From: Guillardia theta CCMP2712
Lineage: Eukaryota > Protista > Cryptophyta
Assembly (NCBI RefSeq): GCF_000315625.1
Contig: NW_005434670.1
Coordinates: forward strand, 82,237-146,236
DNA length: 64,000 bases
Direction: 5' to 3'
Position 1 is the first letter of the stretch; each line of letters starts with the position of its first letter. The notes beneath the pieces are model-generated. The model made no database searches. It had not been told where the DNA came from and saw only the letters and a list, made by a program, of their open reading frames with translations. This document shows, one piece after another, positions 50,241 to 62,369 of the stretch. Both the position numbers and the translations under genes were made by a program.

Positions 50241-52052
50241 TCACTTCTTCTTGTTAAAAAGAGCTCTGAAAGAGCTTGCGAAGATATCACAGATGAAATC
50301 TCCAAACGATGATGTGGCAGGGTTGTCTTGCTTCTTGTTCAATTGTTCCTTCTGCTCACCAAAGTCATGCTACAACACAACTCAAAAGTAACTCTCTTGC
50401 TGACATCATCGAACAGAAACATCAAGGGGATTTCGTTGCCCTTCATGTCAATACCTTCTGCTTTGCTTGCTCTTCAGCAATCTGTGCGAGTCTTTCAAGT
50501 CTCAGTCTTGTCTGCTGTATGTCAGCACCAGAATACAACAGCATGTCTCACCTCATCGTCACTCTGCTGCTTCATTCGCTGCCGATCGCCATCTTTCACT
50601 ACAGCCTTAGCTTCCTCCTGCTGCTTCCTCTTCGCCGCCGCCGCCGCTGCCTCTGCCTCCTGCTGCTGCCTCTTCGCAGCCGCTGCTGCCTCTGCCTCCT
50701 CCTGCTGCTTCTTCGCCGCCGCCGCCGCTGCCTCTGCCTCCTGCTGCTGCCTCTTCGCAGCCGCTGCTGCCTCTGCCTCCTCCTGCTGCTTCTTCGCTGC
50801 TGCTGCTGCCTCTGCCTCCTGCTTCTTCTTCTTCGCCGCCGCCGCCTCTGCCTCCTCAAGCTGCTTCTTCGCTGCTGCTGCTGCCTCCTGCTTCTTCTTC
50901 TTCGCCGCCGCCTCTGCCTCCTCAAGCTGCTTCTTCGCTGCTGCTGCCTCCTCCTCCTGCTGCTTCTTCGCTGCTGCCGCTGCTGCCGCTGCCGCCTCTG
51001 CCTCCTCCTCCTCCTCTTCCTCCTCCTCCTGCTTCTTTGCTGCTGCTGCTGCCGCCGCCGCCGCCGCCGCCTCTTTTTCTCGTGTCGCCGCAGCAGCAGC
51101 CTCCTTGTTCGATGGATCAGACTCCTCCCTGGCCTGAGAGCTGCTCTTGTCAGCTCGCTTGATCATGATAGGAGGACCGACTCTTCCAAAGCAAGAGTCA
51201 CCAACCCTAACGAGCACGAACAGCACACTACCTTCCTTGCTTCACCTCCTCCTTCCCTGCCACCTGCCTCTTCTGCCTTTCCTCCGGCTCCAGAGGCCTT
51301 GCTTCCGGACGAGAGATGCGACCGGCCGCCGCCTGTTCCACCATAGAGAAGATATCGTCTGTCCCTGCCGAAGATCTCCTCTTCCCTTCCGCACGTTTCT
51401 CCTCCTTGGCTGTGACCTGAACAGGCAGATGTTGAGGAGGAGGAAAAGACACTAAACAATCACCTTCTTCTCATCTTTCTTCTGTCCGAAACCTATACCG
51501 TTCGACCTCGACCTCTCGTTGTTCTTTGCCATCACGACGACCGTATTTGATTTGCATGCCCCACCTATCCTACTCGACCTCCGTTCAGGAGAGAAAACTC
51601 CGCAGCGCAACGAAATGCGTCCTCCTGAGGAGGAATGATTCAGTGGCAAGGAAAGTCAAAACCGTCGAGCTGATTCGTTATCATGTTGAAGGGTGTTCTA
51701 TGAAGAGCAGACATACTGAAATGCACTTTTCTCATCTGACTAGTTTTAACTAGCCTGCATGTCTTGCTACAATGTGTTTCTTCTTCTTCTGCTTCTCAGA
51801 TTGACTTGAGAAACAGCCTTATAATCCAAAATCCATGCGTCTGCCTCGCACCCTTTCACCTCAACCTTCCTCTCTTCTCTACGTGTCGACGTGACTTCGG
51901 TTGAGCTGCTGTTTACCTGGATGGAAGGCATCACAACCGATCATCATCGCCAGCAGGACCACGATCGAAATCATCATTCTCCTCGTCGTCTTCATCGTCT
52001 CCATCCTCGTCTTCATGGAGCAACTCGCGATCTTCTCGTTCGTCGCTGCCAT
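50241..52052 (-). CDS. Putative plastid-targeted Ala/Glu/Lys-rich helical repeat protein, multi-exon
   Basis: Signal-like MMISIVVLLAMMIGCDA followed by F; about 9 repeats of (K/R)KQQ(E)EAEAAAAA; probable last exon ...FASSFRALFNKKK*. Internal exon joins not fully resolved. Confidence 0.6.
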
Positions 52053-52177
52053 TGTGTCTTTACGGCCGCATAAGACTAGGGGGTACTTGTACCACATCAT
52101 AAGGGGGGTACTTATATATGAAATAGGGGGTACAGAACCAACCGGGTAATAATCCTGAAGGGGGTCGAACCGCATCC

Positions 52178-52710
52178 TGTCACGGTACTACCGTGTGACG
52201 GCCCCCCAATTGAATCATGGGCCCGGGGAGTCCGGGCCCTGGCTCGGCACTCCCCGGGCCCGCCGCCGCGCCCCCGGCCCCGGGCGGGCCGGGCACCCCT
52301 GAGGAACGGTACGGTACTCCATTCCGACTATTCGATGGAATGACCAGAGGAAGCATCCTCGGGGCGAACAATACCCCTCGGGCCTGGTTCATGATCTGTA
52401 TATAAGCATGGGGTCCTGTCTTTTAAGTTCTCTCTCTGAGTCTCTCTCTTCCTCTCTCTTCTCTCTCTTTCTTTCTTCTCTTTCTCTCTCTTTCCTCACT
52501 CTCCTTTCTTGACCTTTTCCTTCCTTCTATTCAGGCTCTCACAGTCTATCTTCCTATCTGGGCCGGGCCTAGTATTCTACCGGGGGCAGGCTTATGAGTG
52601 ACTGCCGAAAGGCTTGATACTCTTATCCGATCAGACAGAAGTCAATCACCGGGTGAGTTTACTCAAAGTTAAATTAAAAACTCATATCGACCTTCAGTTG
52701 TGTTGTAACA
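52178..52710 (+). mobile_element. Possible solo-LTR-like remnant within GC-rich island 3
   Basis: Starts TGTCAC, ends GTAACA, internal TATATAA (52399), CT-rich tract, ATTAAA near 3' end; no target-site duplication seen. Confidence 0.25.
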
Positions 52711-53273
52711 AGGCACAGTTTTTGCTCAACTCGGACCGAGTTTAATGCACACGGCGAGGAATACTAGGATGTGAAACCCAAGCATCCAGACATGGACGGT
52801 CACAGTGTGAGGACCTTACTACGCGGCAAGCATGGGATGACGGCCGGGCTAGGAAAGAGTCGTCGGGTCACACACTCGGCGGGGCCGCCCGGGCCGCAAT
52901 TCAACGGTTAGTAGGCTCCGAGTCCGATCAGTCACGGCGCCGCCGAGAGCCTGGCACTCAGACAGTGTCCGACACATCATCCCAGTCCCGAGTCCCGGCG
53001 CGGCTCGAATCTTGAACTTACACTGTCCGATCGGTCACTGGCTCGGAGTGGAGCCGGGCCGAGTGCTGTGGGCAGTGCTGTGGGCGGGAGTGAAGGCAAG
53101 TGGGTATGAGGAGGGATGAGGAGCACGTAACGGGCAGATCAGCATGGCGGGGTAATGGGCAACGAGGGGTAATAAGAACAGGCTGAGGTGGGGGGTGCAT
53201 GCAAGACAAATAGGAGGTGGGGGTACACTTAGAAGGGGTGGAAGGATTTATGGGGCGGAAGAACACAGCGAAC

Positions 53274-54498
53274 ATGCTACGAACAGTCCTAGTGGCGGCG
53301 ATCAGCATGGTGGCGGCGAGTGAAGCAGCTAGAGGAGGAGCAGGAGCAGGATCAGGATTTCTTGCTCCAAACGAGATCAGCTATAGTGCTCAACCCAACA
53401 GTCTTGCCTTCGCCCTGATGCATAGCCACGGTCTTGGCGCAGGAGGTCGAGTCGGGCTGGTCGGCACTCGACCCAAGACTTTGAGCCATCCAACCAAGAG
53501 GATCGCTGGGAATCACCTCAGAACACCTTTGATGTCTGGTGACGCCAAGGGAAAGTCGTCGGAAGGGGAGAAATTCGACGTAGAGTGGGAGCACGGCGAC
53601 GGGTCCAAGGATCGGATGTCGGGGCAGCAACTACAGGCCTCACAGAGCGAGAAGAAGCCGTTGTTCAAGAGAATGAGCGATGGGGTGAAGAACTTCTTCA
53701 TGGGAGCGAAGATGGATAAACAGAAGCTTGCAGCTCTTGGAGCGAGCGCGTGAGCCTTGACGTTGTGTTCGATGACGGTGGAATGACCCGTGGGCAGGTT
53801 GCTGTCATACGGATGGGTCAGCAATTTCTCTCATGTCTGTGCTTGTCTCTGTGTTTCAACACTTCACTTAATCGAACACGTTTACAGATCTCTTGCTTGA
53901 TCGCTGCGTGGGTGATCCATGGCAAGAAGACAGGCCTCTCCCCCCTCGACCCCAACCAGGTGCTACCCCTGGTCTCTCAAGATGTACCGGCTGATCTAGT
54001 CGACCCCCCCCCAGTGGCCCGCGTTCCTCGCGGTGTATGCCATCTTCTATGCGTTCCAGGTAGCCCTGTGGTGCTCCAGCAGCAGCTCAGCTGACGTCGC
54101 CTTTCCATCAGAACGTTATCCGTCCTGCTCGTTTCGCCCTCTCTGTCGCCCTCTCGCCCTTCTTTGACAAGATGGTGGAGACGATCCAGACCAAGGTAGC
54201 CGCACGTGCAGCTCCCCGACTCGTCCTGACGTGCCTTGCCAGGCCGGGTCTCTGACGGGCAAGAGCGTCAACAAACCGACGGCCTTCGGCCTCACGGTGA
54301 GCCCCCCCCCGCCAGTCATGGCGACCAGCTTGACCTCGCCCGCAGGTTTTCATTGTCAATGTCGTCGGTTCCTTCGCTTACCTTGGCTTCGGGCTGCTCA
54401 TCGCAACGAGAGTGAGCGCTGCACGTCGAGCACAGCACCCAGCTGACGTTGGCCAGGTTGCTGGAGTTCCGCTGCTGAAGACTGTTGCTGCCGTCTGA
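53274..54498 (+). CDS. DUF1279/FAM210-like membrane protein with N-terminal targeting leader; 8 exons
   Basis: Spliced: KLAALGASALLSYGWVSNFSH-ISCLIAAWVIHGKKTGLSPLDPNQ-WPAFLAVYAIFYAFQ-NVIRPARFALSVALSPFFDK...VAGVPLLKTVAAV*; all GT-AG joins in frame. Family name from memory of the motif pattern. Confidence 0.7.
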
Positions 54499-54554
54499 GA
54501 GGTAGGGAGCGCACGCATCAGGGAAGAAAAGAAGGTGTCTGTTGAGGGCTGCCT

Positions 54555-57500
54555 TCATGGAATGTACCCCAACACCTCCAACGTCGCGCTGTAGACTATG
54601 TCTCCGAGCTGCTTCACCTTAGCCTGCTCCGATCGGCGGCGAGCTTCAACTCGAGCGTCTTTCGAGGTCTTGTCACTGCCTCGCTCGATGGCGATTGAGC
54701 TCCTGTTGGAGCTCTCGTGCCTCCCGAGGTTCAGTCGGAGGACACTCACAGGATCTCTCGGCATCCCCGCGTTGTTCAGTTGTGTCCATGTTGTAAAACT
54801 CTGTACGTCCACGATGCTTCCGACCAAGACCTTTTCTGACTCGTCGTTCCATGCGTCCATGGGCTCTAGGATGTCTACCTGGTCCCACGAGGGCATCCTC
54901 TCGTCCAGCCTGGTCTGCCTGTTGTGGGGGAGGAAGAACACGTCTCGCTCCGACTCCTGCTCCTCCCAGCCCTGCCAGTTGCACTGCCTTAAATCCACCT
55001 TGACCATCCCCTTCCGTTCGTTCTTGCTGTCCATGTACTTGAGCACGACCTGAGAGGTCTTGACGCGCTGCTTGAACAACAATAGCCCGTGCGAGGCACG
55101 TGGGAACTTGACGTGGAGGTCAGACTTGACCATCTCTTGGTGGGGGACGAACGAGTTGGGCAGCTCGTGCAGCTGCAGGAAGGTGAACTCGAGGACTTGG
55201 GCAGGAGCTGAGAACCGGACCCCTCTGTACATGGCGTCCTTTAGAGCCCTCTTCTTTACCTCGCTCTTCTGCCGGTTGAAGTGCTCGCGCCGCCTCCCAT
55301 AGTGCGGGTCTGTGGAGGACCATTGGACGAAGTTGACGAAGGGGGCGAGAGCTTTGTTCATCTCTTTCTTCAGGCGGTGGTTGACGAGGCTGAGAAAGAA
55401 GTCTTTGAGAGTCAGCGCGTGCAGCATGTGGACGACCTCCTTGACTTGCTTCACCCTGTTCCTCCTGATCTCCCGAGGAACCATGGTGGGCTTGCGCCAG
55501 TACAACATGGTCAGCACGAGCTCCTCGAAACTGATCCTGGTCAAGTACTTGTCCTCCGTTTTCAAGAACCGCTGCATGATCATGTTTCGGATCCGGGCAA
55601 TGACGTTGGCCTTCTGAGTCTTCATGCTGTCAATCCTCCGTTGCCTCGACAGCACGTTGAGCTCCGCTCGGATCAGCTTCTCCGCTGTCTTCTCCTCCTT
55701 CCCGAACCTCAGCTTCCCGTCTCGCGTCTTGAAACCAAGAGGAGTGGGGATCTGGCGCATCAGCACATGGACGGACGCGAGGCCGACGTAGGAGGATCCT
55801 AGGGTGAACTCTTGGAAGATGCGGGAGATCTCCATGACTTGACCTGATGATGCCCCTTTCTCCCACTCCTCGTCCTCCACCTCCGCCACCTGGTCCGTGA
55901 TGAACGCGAAGTTGTCCAAGATCATCCCGATGAAGAGGTTCAACAAGATAGCTTGACAGATCAGGATGAAGAGCGGGAACCAGAAGACTGCAAAGGGGCT
56001 GCCGCAGTCGCCGAAGCTGTAGCTCTTCCCGTGATAGTAGGGGTCGTACTCCGTGCTGAAGATCTTGGTGCAGGCGGGGGGTTGGACCCTGCAGTCGTCC
56101 ATGATAGTCATCCATTCGTCTCCTATGATCATCTGGTAGATCGTTCTCCATGCCTGCATGTAGTCGGCGAAGTTTGCCGTCGGGCCCAGCCGCTGACCGT
56201 TCTTGGTTGTGGCAAAGATCTGGATGAAGACGACGGCGAACATGGTGTAGAAGAGGAAGAGGAGGAACAGGATGTTGGAGAGTTGCGGCACACTTGACAC
56301 GAGGGTCTCGAGGATGACTCGCAGCGGGCGGAACATCTTCATGAGGCGGAGGACGCGAGCAACACGCGCTGCTCGCGCGGCCTTGGAGACGGCTCCTTGC
56401 GAGCTGATCTTTGCCAGCGAGGCTCCCAGCAGCACCAGCGCGTCGAACATCTTCCACCTGTCGTTCCAGAACTCGAAGATGCCGTAGGCCACAAGGTTGA
56501 GGGCGATCTCAGCAAAGAGCTCCCAGAAGAAGAAGTTGTTCTGGAAGTCGTAGATGCTCAGATAGGTTGAATCTGCGTTGGCGTGATCGGAGAGCATGAA
56601 GATCACGTTGGTGAACACGCAGCCCATGGAGAAGGTCTGGAACTGTTGTGACGCGATCTGCGTTCGCATCCAGGTGCTGAGCGCGTTGGATGGAGGAGGG
56701 AACCTGTCATGCCGCGGCTTGTAATCCTTGAGGTACCTCATGAGCCGGTTGTAGAAGATCTCTGCCTCGCTGGATCCGGCGTTGAGGTTGAAGCCATCGA
56801 CAATGAAGCCGACAAGCAGGTTCATGGTGAAGAGAGCTCCGAAGATGAGGTAGATGACAAAGAACAAGGAGTACACCATCGAGTGATTCTCCTGCGGGCT
56901 CAGATTCTCTCCTGTGATGTCGACCACATCGGCCAGGATCCCAACGTACTTGATGGTGTTGATGCGAAAGAGAGTGAGGAAAGCATCTCCGAACGTGTCA
57001 AAGTTATGATACGGCCGAACCCACGCACGAGGGTAGAGGATCCCCGACGAAAGGTCAGCAGACAGTCCGCAGCAGTCGGACTTGCCACCAGGAAACGCGG
57101 CGAAGTCGGCATCGGTACATCGATAGAGCTTCCTTCCGAAGAGAGACATGCCAACAATGGCGAAGACGACGAAGGAAATCATCATGAAGACGATGACGTA
57201 CCAGACGGGAGCAAGAGTCCCGATCAACGCGTCGATCAGAATCCTCATCCCGATGTTTCGCTTCATCAACCTCAGAGGCCTCAGGGCGCGGCCGAGACGA
57301 AACACCTTGGCAATCTTTCCGTTGGTCATGACGTTGGAGACGTCGATCCAGGAGAACAGGAGAACGACGCTGTCCATGATGTTCCAGCCGGACTTCAGGT
57401 ATGCGTTCTTAGTGAAGAGAAGCCCGTGGCACATGACGCGGCAGATGAACTCAACGGTGAAGATGAAGGTGAAGAGGTTGTTCAGCTGCTGCGACATGAC

Positions 57501-60500
57501 TGGGTCCAGCAAGGGAGCGTTGCCCGGGATATCGTCATATGGCGGCGCAGTGACGAGGAGGATGCATCCCACGATTATGGAGGCGAAGATCACAAGATCG
57601 AATGCGGGCTGCTTGATCAGCCACGTGCAGAATCTTCGAGCTGGATGGAAGGGATGGAAGTAGAGCAGAACTCGCTCCATGTTCTGCTTGCTGCCTGCCT
57701 GGTCGAGCTCTTCTTTTTCTGTCTTGAGCACTGACATTGAGACCAAAGTTGCGAGGTGCGGGTACGCTTTTGAAGCATACTCCATCATGGAAGCATCGAG
57801 ATTCCCAGTGTGTTGCGTCAGCGTGTACTCGATTTCTCTCCTTGGCACCCAAGTGTCAGTCTCGGGATCGTAGGCAATCACTCGGCCAGCTCCTCGCAGA
57901 GTCCAGTGGAGCTGATAGAGCTGAGAGTAGGATTTCTTGATCACCTGGCGAATGTTGGAGATGTATCCCGGTTGTTTGAAGTGAGTTATGGTATCCGAGA
58001 CGTTGAAGTTCTCAATGATCACAGCGATGAACAGATTCGAGATGATCAGACGCCCGAAGATGAACCAAGACAAGACGAAAAACGCTGCAAAAAATCGCCC
58101 GGCCAGCGTGACTTTAACCTGCATGGCCTGGTAGAGCACGCCCGACCAGGAGTCACCAACCAGCAACTGAAAGATCGTGAGGAGCGACTGCGGAAAAGTC
58201 CCAAAGTTTGATCTCGTGTAGGGGACCATGGCACCGGCGAAGGAATACCTCCCAGCGACAGCATAGCACAAGGCAATCAACGCTATGAAGCACACAAGGT
58301 TGAAAATTGAGGATCCGCTCGCGATGGCAGAGGCCAACAGATTGTAAAGCGTCGGGAAGTAGATCATCAGTCGATACATTCGCAAGACAGCCAGGAAAGT
58401 CAAGAACTTGGAATCGAGGATGAGGCCTATCACATTGAGTATCACCAGGATAGATTCTGCCTTGTTGTTTCTTCGTCGCCAGAACTCTTTGATCCCCCCA
58501 TAGGCCGAATATCGCAAGACAAGTTCTATGGCGAAGATGGCCACTGCAATCGATGAGACTATCACTGCTGCTTGGCTCCACTGTCCTCTCGAGCTCATTT
58601 GAGATTGTGCTTCCATGGAGTACAAGCTCTCGCTGATGGCTATCATGAGGACATCGATCAAAATGACAAAAGAGATGAAATGTACCAAGCGCGTCTCAAA
58701 CAAAAGGTGATAGGCGATATTTTGTAAAACAGATTCTCCATCGTCTGCCTCGGCATCAATCGTGCTTTTGATTCCGAGCTCTTCGCGGGTTGGGAAGGTT
58801 TGAGACGTTCGCTGACGTTCAAGATGTCCGACCCCGGCAACACCGTCATGTCTTGATCGTTGCTTCGGCTCAGAGACCTGCTCTATGGAGTCCTCGAAGC
58901 TTATGGAAGCGTGCCGCTCTCTGACTCGTGCAAACGTTCCTGTCACCACAGCGACAAAGAGGCCGAGGATTAGAAACGTGCACAAGACCGTGATGGCCAC
59001 GTAGAAGAACCAAGTCAGGATGATCGCACTTGGTTCACTCTGAAGAGACTCGAGGATCACATCGTAAGATGAATCGGGAGCTGCGACTTGAAGGATGGTC
59101 GGGATGACTCCGCCGAGGCTGTCGAAGTTCTGCAGGCCGAACTGAGGGTTCCCGATCGACTCGCAGTATTGATCCACGTACAGCAGATCGGTCGCATTCA
59201 CCACACCATCATTGTTGAGATCAACTTGCTCTTGGCAGCTGTGGTACCACCCCCTCGAGTCCTGAGGTTTCACCCCCGCGTACTGGGGGCAGGTAGCCTG
59301 TCGCAGCGTCAGCACTCCAGCCAAGGCAAGTACAGCCAGACTCACCGGGTCTGTGCAATAGATCTTGCACCAGCGCATACCAGGGTATCCAGGATAGACG
59401 GCGATGCTCCCGTTCTCAAGGTATAGAGGAGCTAGATTGTCATTGAAGGAACAAGTCTTTGACCAGTTGTTTGAAGCATCGGAAGCACAGATAGCAGACG
59501 AAACGTTCCGAGCGGCCATGAGGCATCGCCTCGCAAAAGAGTTCTGATAGATGGCCATCCCAAAGATTCCGAACATGGCGACAAAGAAAGCCAAGACCAT
59601 CGCTACGATGAGAATCTGAGACATTCCCTGCCTGAGCGTTTGAATCATTGCTCTCACGTTGGAGAACAGCCTCATCCTCATCATGTACTTGAGCAGTCGG
59701 AGCAGTCGAAACGAACGAATGGACGGGCCTTGAAGGCGCAGAGCAAACTCTGCAAAGTATTCCGCCAGGAGTGTCAACAACAAGAAGAAATCTAATCGAT
59801 TGAAATCGGATAGGTTCATGTATGTAGTTGGACCATGCCAAAATCCATATGCAATGATTCCACACGTCACCTCAAAGAAGAAGGCCAACCCACACGCGTA
59901 TCCAATAATGTCGAGGGTTTGAGTCGTCTTGGAGGCTTTTGGGAATTCAGGGGCAAGGGAGATAGTTACACTGTTCAAGACCGTTGCAATCAGGAAGAAA
60001 GAGTTCCATTCCTTGCTTGTCACGATTTGGAAGCATTTGAGTCTTATTGGGCTCGTCCTTGAAAACCCTCCGAAGATGCGCTTGAGAGAAATCTCCTCTG
60101 TAATGGAATCGTTACTGTCACAGACACAAAGCACGTTGACTACCGTAATCTCTCAGCAAGTTTTGGAATCTCGAAGAGCTGCCTTTCCGAGAAGCTCGCT
60201 CTGCTGTACGCGGTGGAACCTTGTCGACTGCTCCTGCTATTCAACCATCATTCTCCATCTCTAACCTGAGCGCTCACGATAGCGATGCTTACCATACGAC
60301 TTAGAGAGCATCTCCTCACGTACTATGTGGCGGAATTGATCCATATCAAGATCCAGATGTAAGTATGCATCCTGAGCAATGAGGTATGAGTGACACGATT
60401 GACAAGAGGTCTCTGAATGCTTGCCTGTTCTTGTAGATGCTGTTGATACTTCATCTGGATCTCCCACTTGGACCTTTCAATCTCGTCTTGATGAAAGTGA

Positions 60501-61309
60501 TTTCCATCCAACTGCGCGTTTGATCGTACATGATTGTGATCATCCGAGGCATGACGATGTGAGGCAACAAGAGCATCTGTTACTACTGCATTGGGAAGCA
60601 CCGAGAACTCTCCGTTTTGATCAGGAGAGCTTGCATTCTGCTGGGATGATGGAAAGAATTCGACCATCTTGAGTTGGCCTTCGAGGTTTTCAAGGAATTT
60701 CAGCTTCTGCTCTAAGACGCCCAATCGCTCTCTTGCTCGAGATTTCAGTCCCTTCTTGAAACTGCACCATCCCATCTTCAACAAACACTCGGAAGGTTCA
60801 TCATACACACCTCGTCAATGCTGTCTGGTCTTGCTCTATTCGCAACACCTGGGGGGTGTGAGGGTTTCCTGCCCGAGATTCCTCATCGGCTTGTAGAAAA
60901 TCATGTGTCACATCAACGACTTGAGAGTTTTGTTCAGCCGTCGAAGACAGTCGAGGTGTTTCCATCTCATCAGCTTTGTCCTCCATGATCTATGTAGGGT
61001 CGGTTCCTGTTAAGACCTTCCTTCTGCCTAATAGCATGTTCACTACCAGCAATAGATAGCAAATGATACACAAGAGCCCACCTGAGTTTACCTTCTCTGC
61101 TTCGCCCTCACAAGCTGAGTTGCAGCATGGTCATGGCGGCTGTTTTTACCTTCCACGCAACCCTGGTATACAAATCTGACCGTCGCTGGCAGATGAATTT
61201 CTCGACTGATACAGCGATGGAGAGGACAAGAGCTCGATCTCTCGCCTGCTCACGGTAGGTGAGAGATACTTCCTTTCCTCAAGCTAGATGTCTCCTCTCC
61301 TCCTCCCAT
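54555..61309 (-). CDS. Four-domain voltage-gated cation (Cav/Nav-like) channel alpha subunit
   Basis: 1859-aa ORF with four 6TM repeats, each with S4 Arg motifs, pore helices and S6 motifs (GLFVAVV, NLFIAVIIENF, NLLVGFIVDGF, NLFIGMILDNF); an in-frame 48-nt intron is likely at 59298-59345; small 5' exons to ATG ~61309. Confidence 0.95.
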
Positions 61310-61544
61310 GGCCGCAACGAGCCGCCCTCTCGGTCTTGGCCATGCCCAGGCAATGGCTGGCGGTTGAGGTAAAGGGATCAAGATCGTAGGGTCACCGGGT
61401 GGGGTAGGAAGATAGTCAAGGAGGGGGTCACGGGTCATATCAAAGAGTAGGGTGATGGCAGCGGAAAGGGGGGGTCAAGGTTAGGCAATAGGATGATAAA
61501 AGTTGCATACTAATCGGAAGTTCACAGAGGGAGTAAATCAGTCA

Positions 61545-61985
61545 CCGTCACCGTGACACGGCCGGGCCCCGGGCCGCGGCGCCGGCAGGCTGGGCATGGC
61601 CGGGCCGTGGGCCCCGGGCCGGCGGCGGGCGGCGCGGCCCACGGCCCGGCCAGGCAGTACGGTCACGGGCCGTGCCACTGACCGGCCCCGTGACCGTCGG
61701 ACTATACTCAGCCGTGCCCCCTGTGACTCGGCGCCGTTCGCACGGTGTAATTTGAGTAAAAAAGTTCATCGCAGGGCAGTCCGTTCATTGGAAGCCTGCC
61801 GTGATATCGTACTTACCGTTAGCCTAGTACCCGGTCCGACGGACTGGCTCCGGCGAGCACGGGTCCGGGCCCCGCGCCGCCCCGCTTTAGTAGGCTAACT
61901 GACCGTCGGACGTCCCCCCCCCCCCGGCGTGGCAGAGCCGCCACTGGACTCGGGAGTCGGAACTTCGCGGCCGGGCCCGGCCTTC
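61545..61985. repeat. GC-rich CCGG/GGCC palindrome-dense island 4
   Basis: Same word content as the other islands; between the channel gene start and the next divergent gene. Confidence 0.6.
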
Positions 61986-62369
61986 AAGTCAGTGACTTCG
62001 CCTAAGAAGTTTGTCGGGCGAATGGGGCACGTGCGGGGAAGGGGAATCAGGTCCGACAGGGTAGGGTAGTCAAAGGTACAATGAAGGGGTGGGTATTGAA
62101 TCCACAATGAGCAGGAAGGCAGACGAACGGAGGCGACGAGAACGAGAGAACGAGAGATGGGAAGAGACAAGGTGAGAGGCAGAGGCGAACATGATGCGAG
62201 GAGAGACACGCGAGCAGTCGCCGACACGTCAAAGTGCTGATACGAGATGATCCTGATGTGTAAAATGAGATGCGTGACGAAGGTGAATGGTGAGAGTGCG
62301 ATGTAGGGTTGTTGATGCATGAGGAACTTGATGGGTTGACACAAGACCGCTGTGAAGTGGATTGATGTT

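Noticed and set aside
52421-52530. CT-rich tract as a telomeric repeat
   Set aside because: Irregular, no fixed unit, internal position.
51595-53345. ISLRCG (EAAAK protein) and AARGG (DUF1279-like leader) as further LRGG motifs
   Set aside because: Neither matches LxLRGG nor sits at the mature-domain boundary; the first protein has Phe at +1. Not counted as support.
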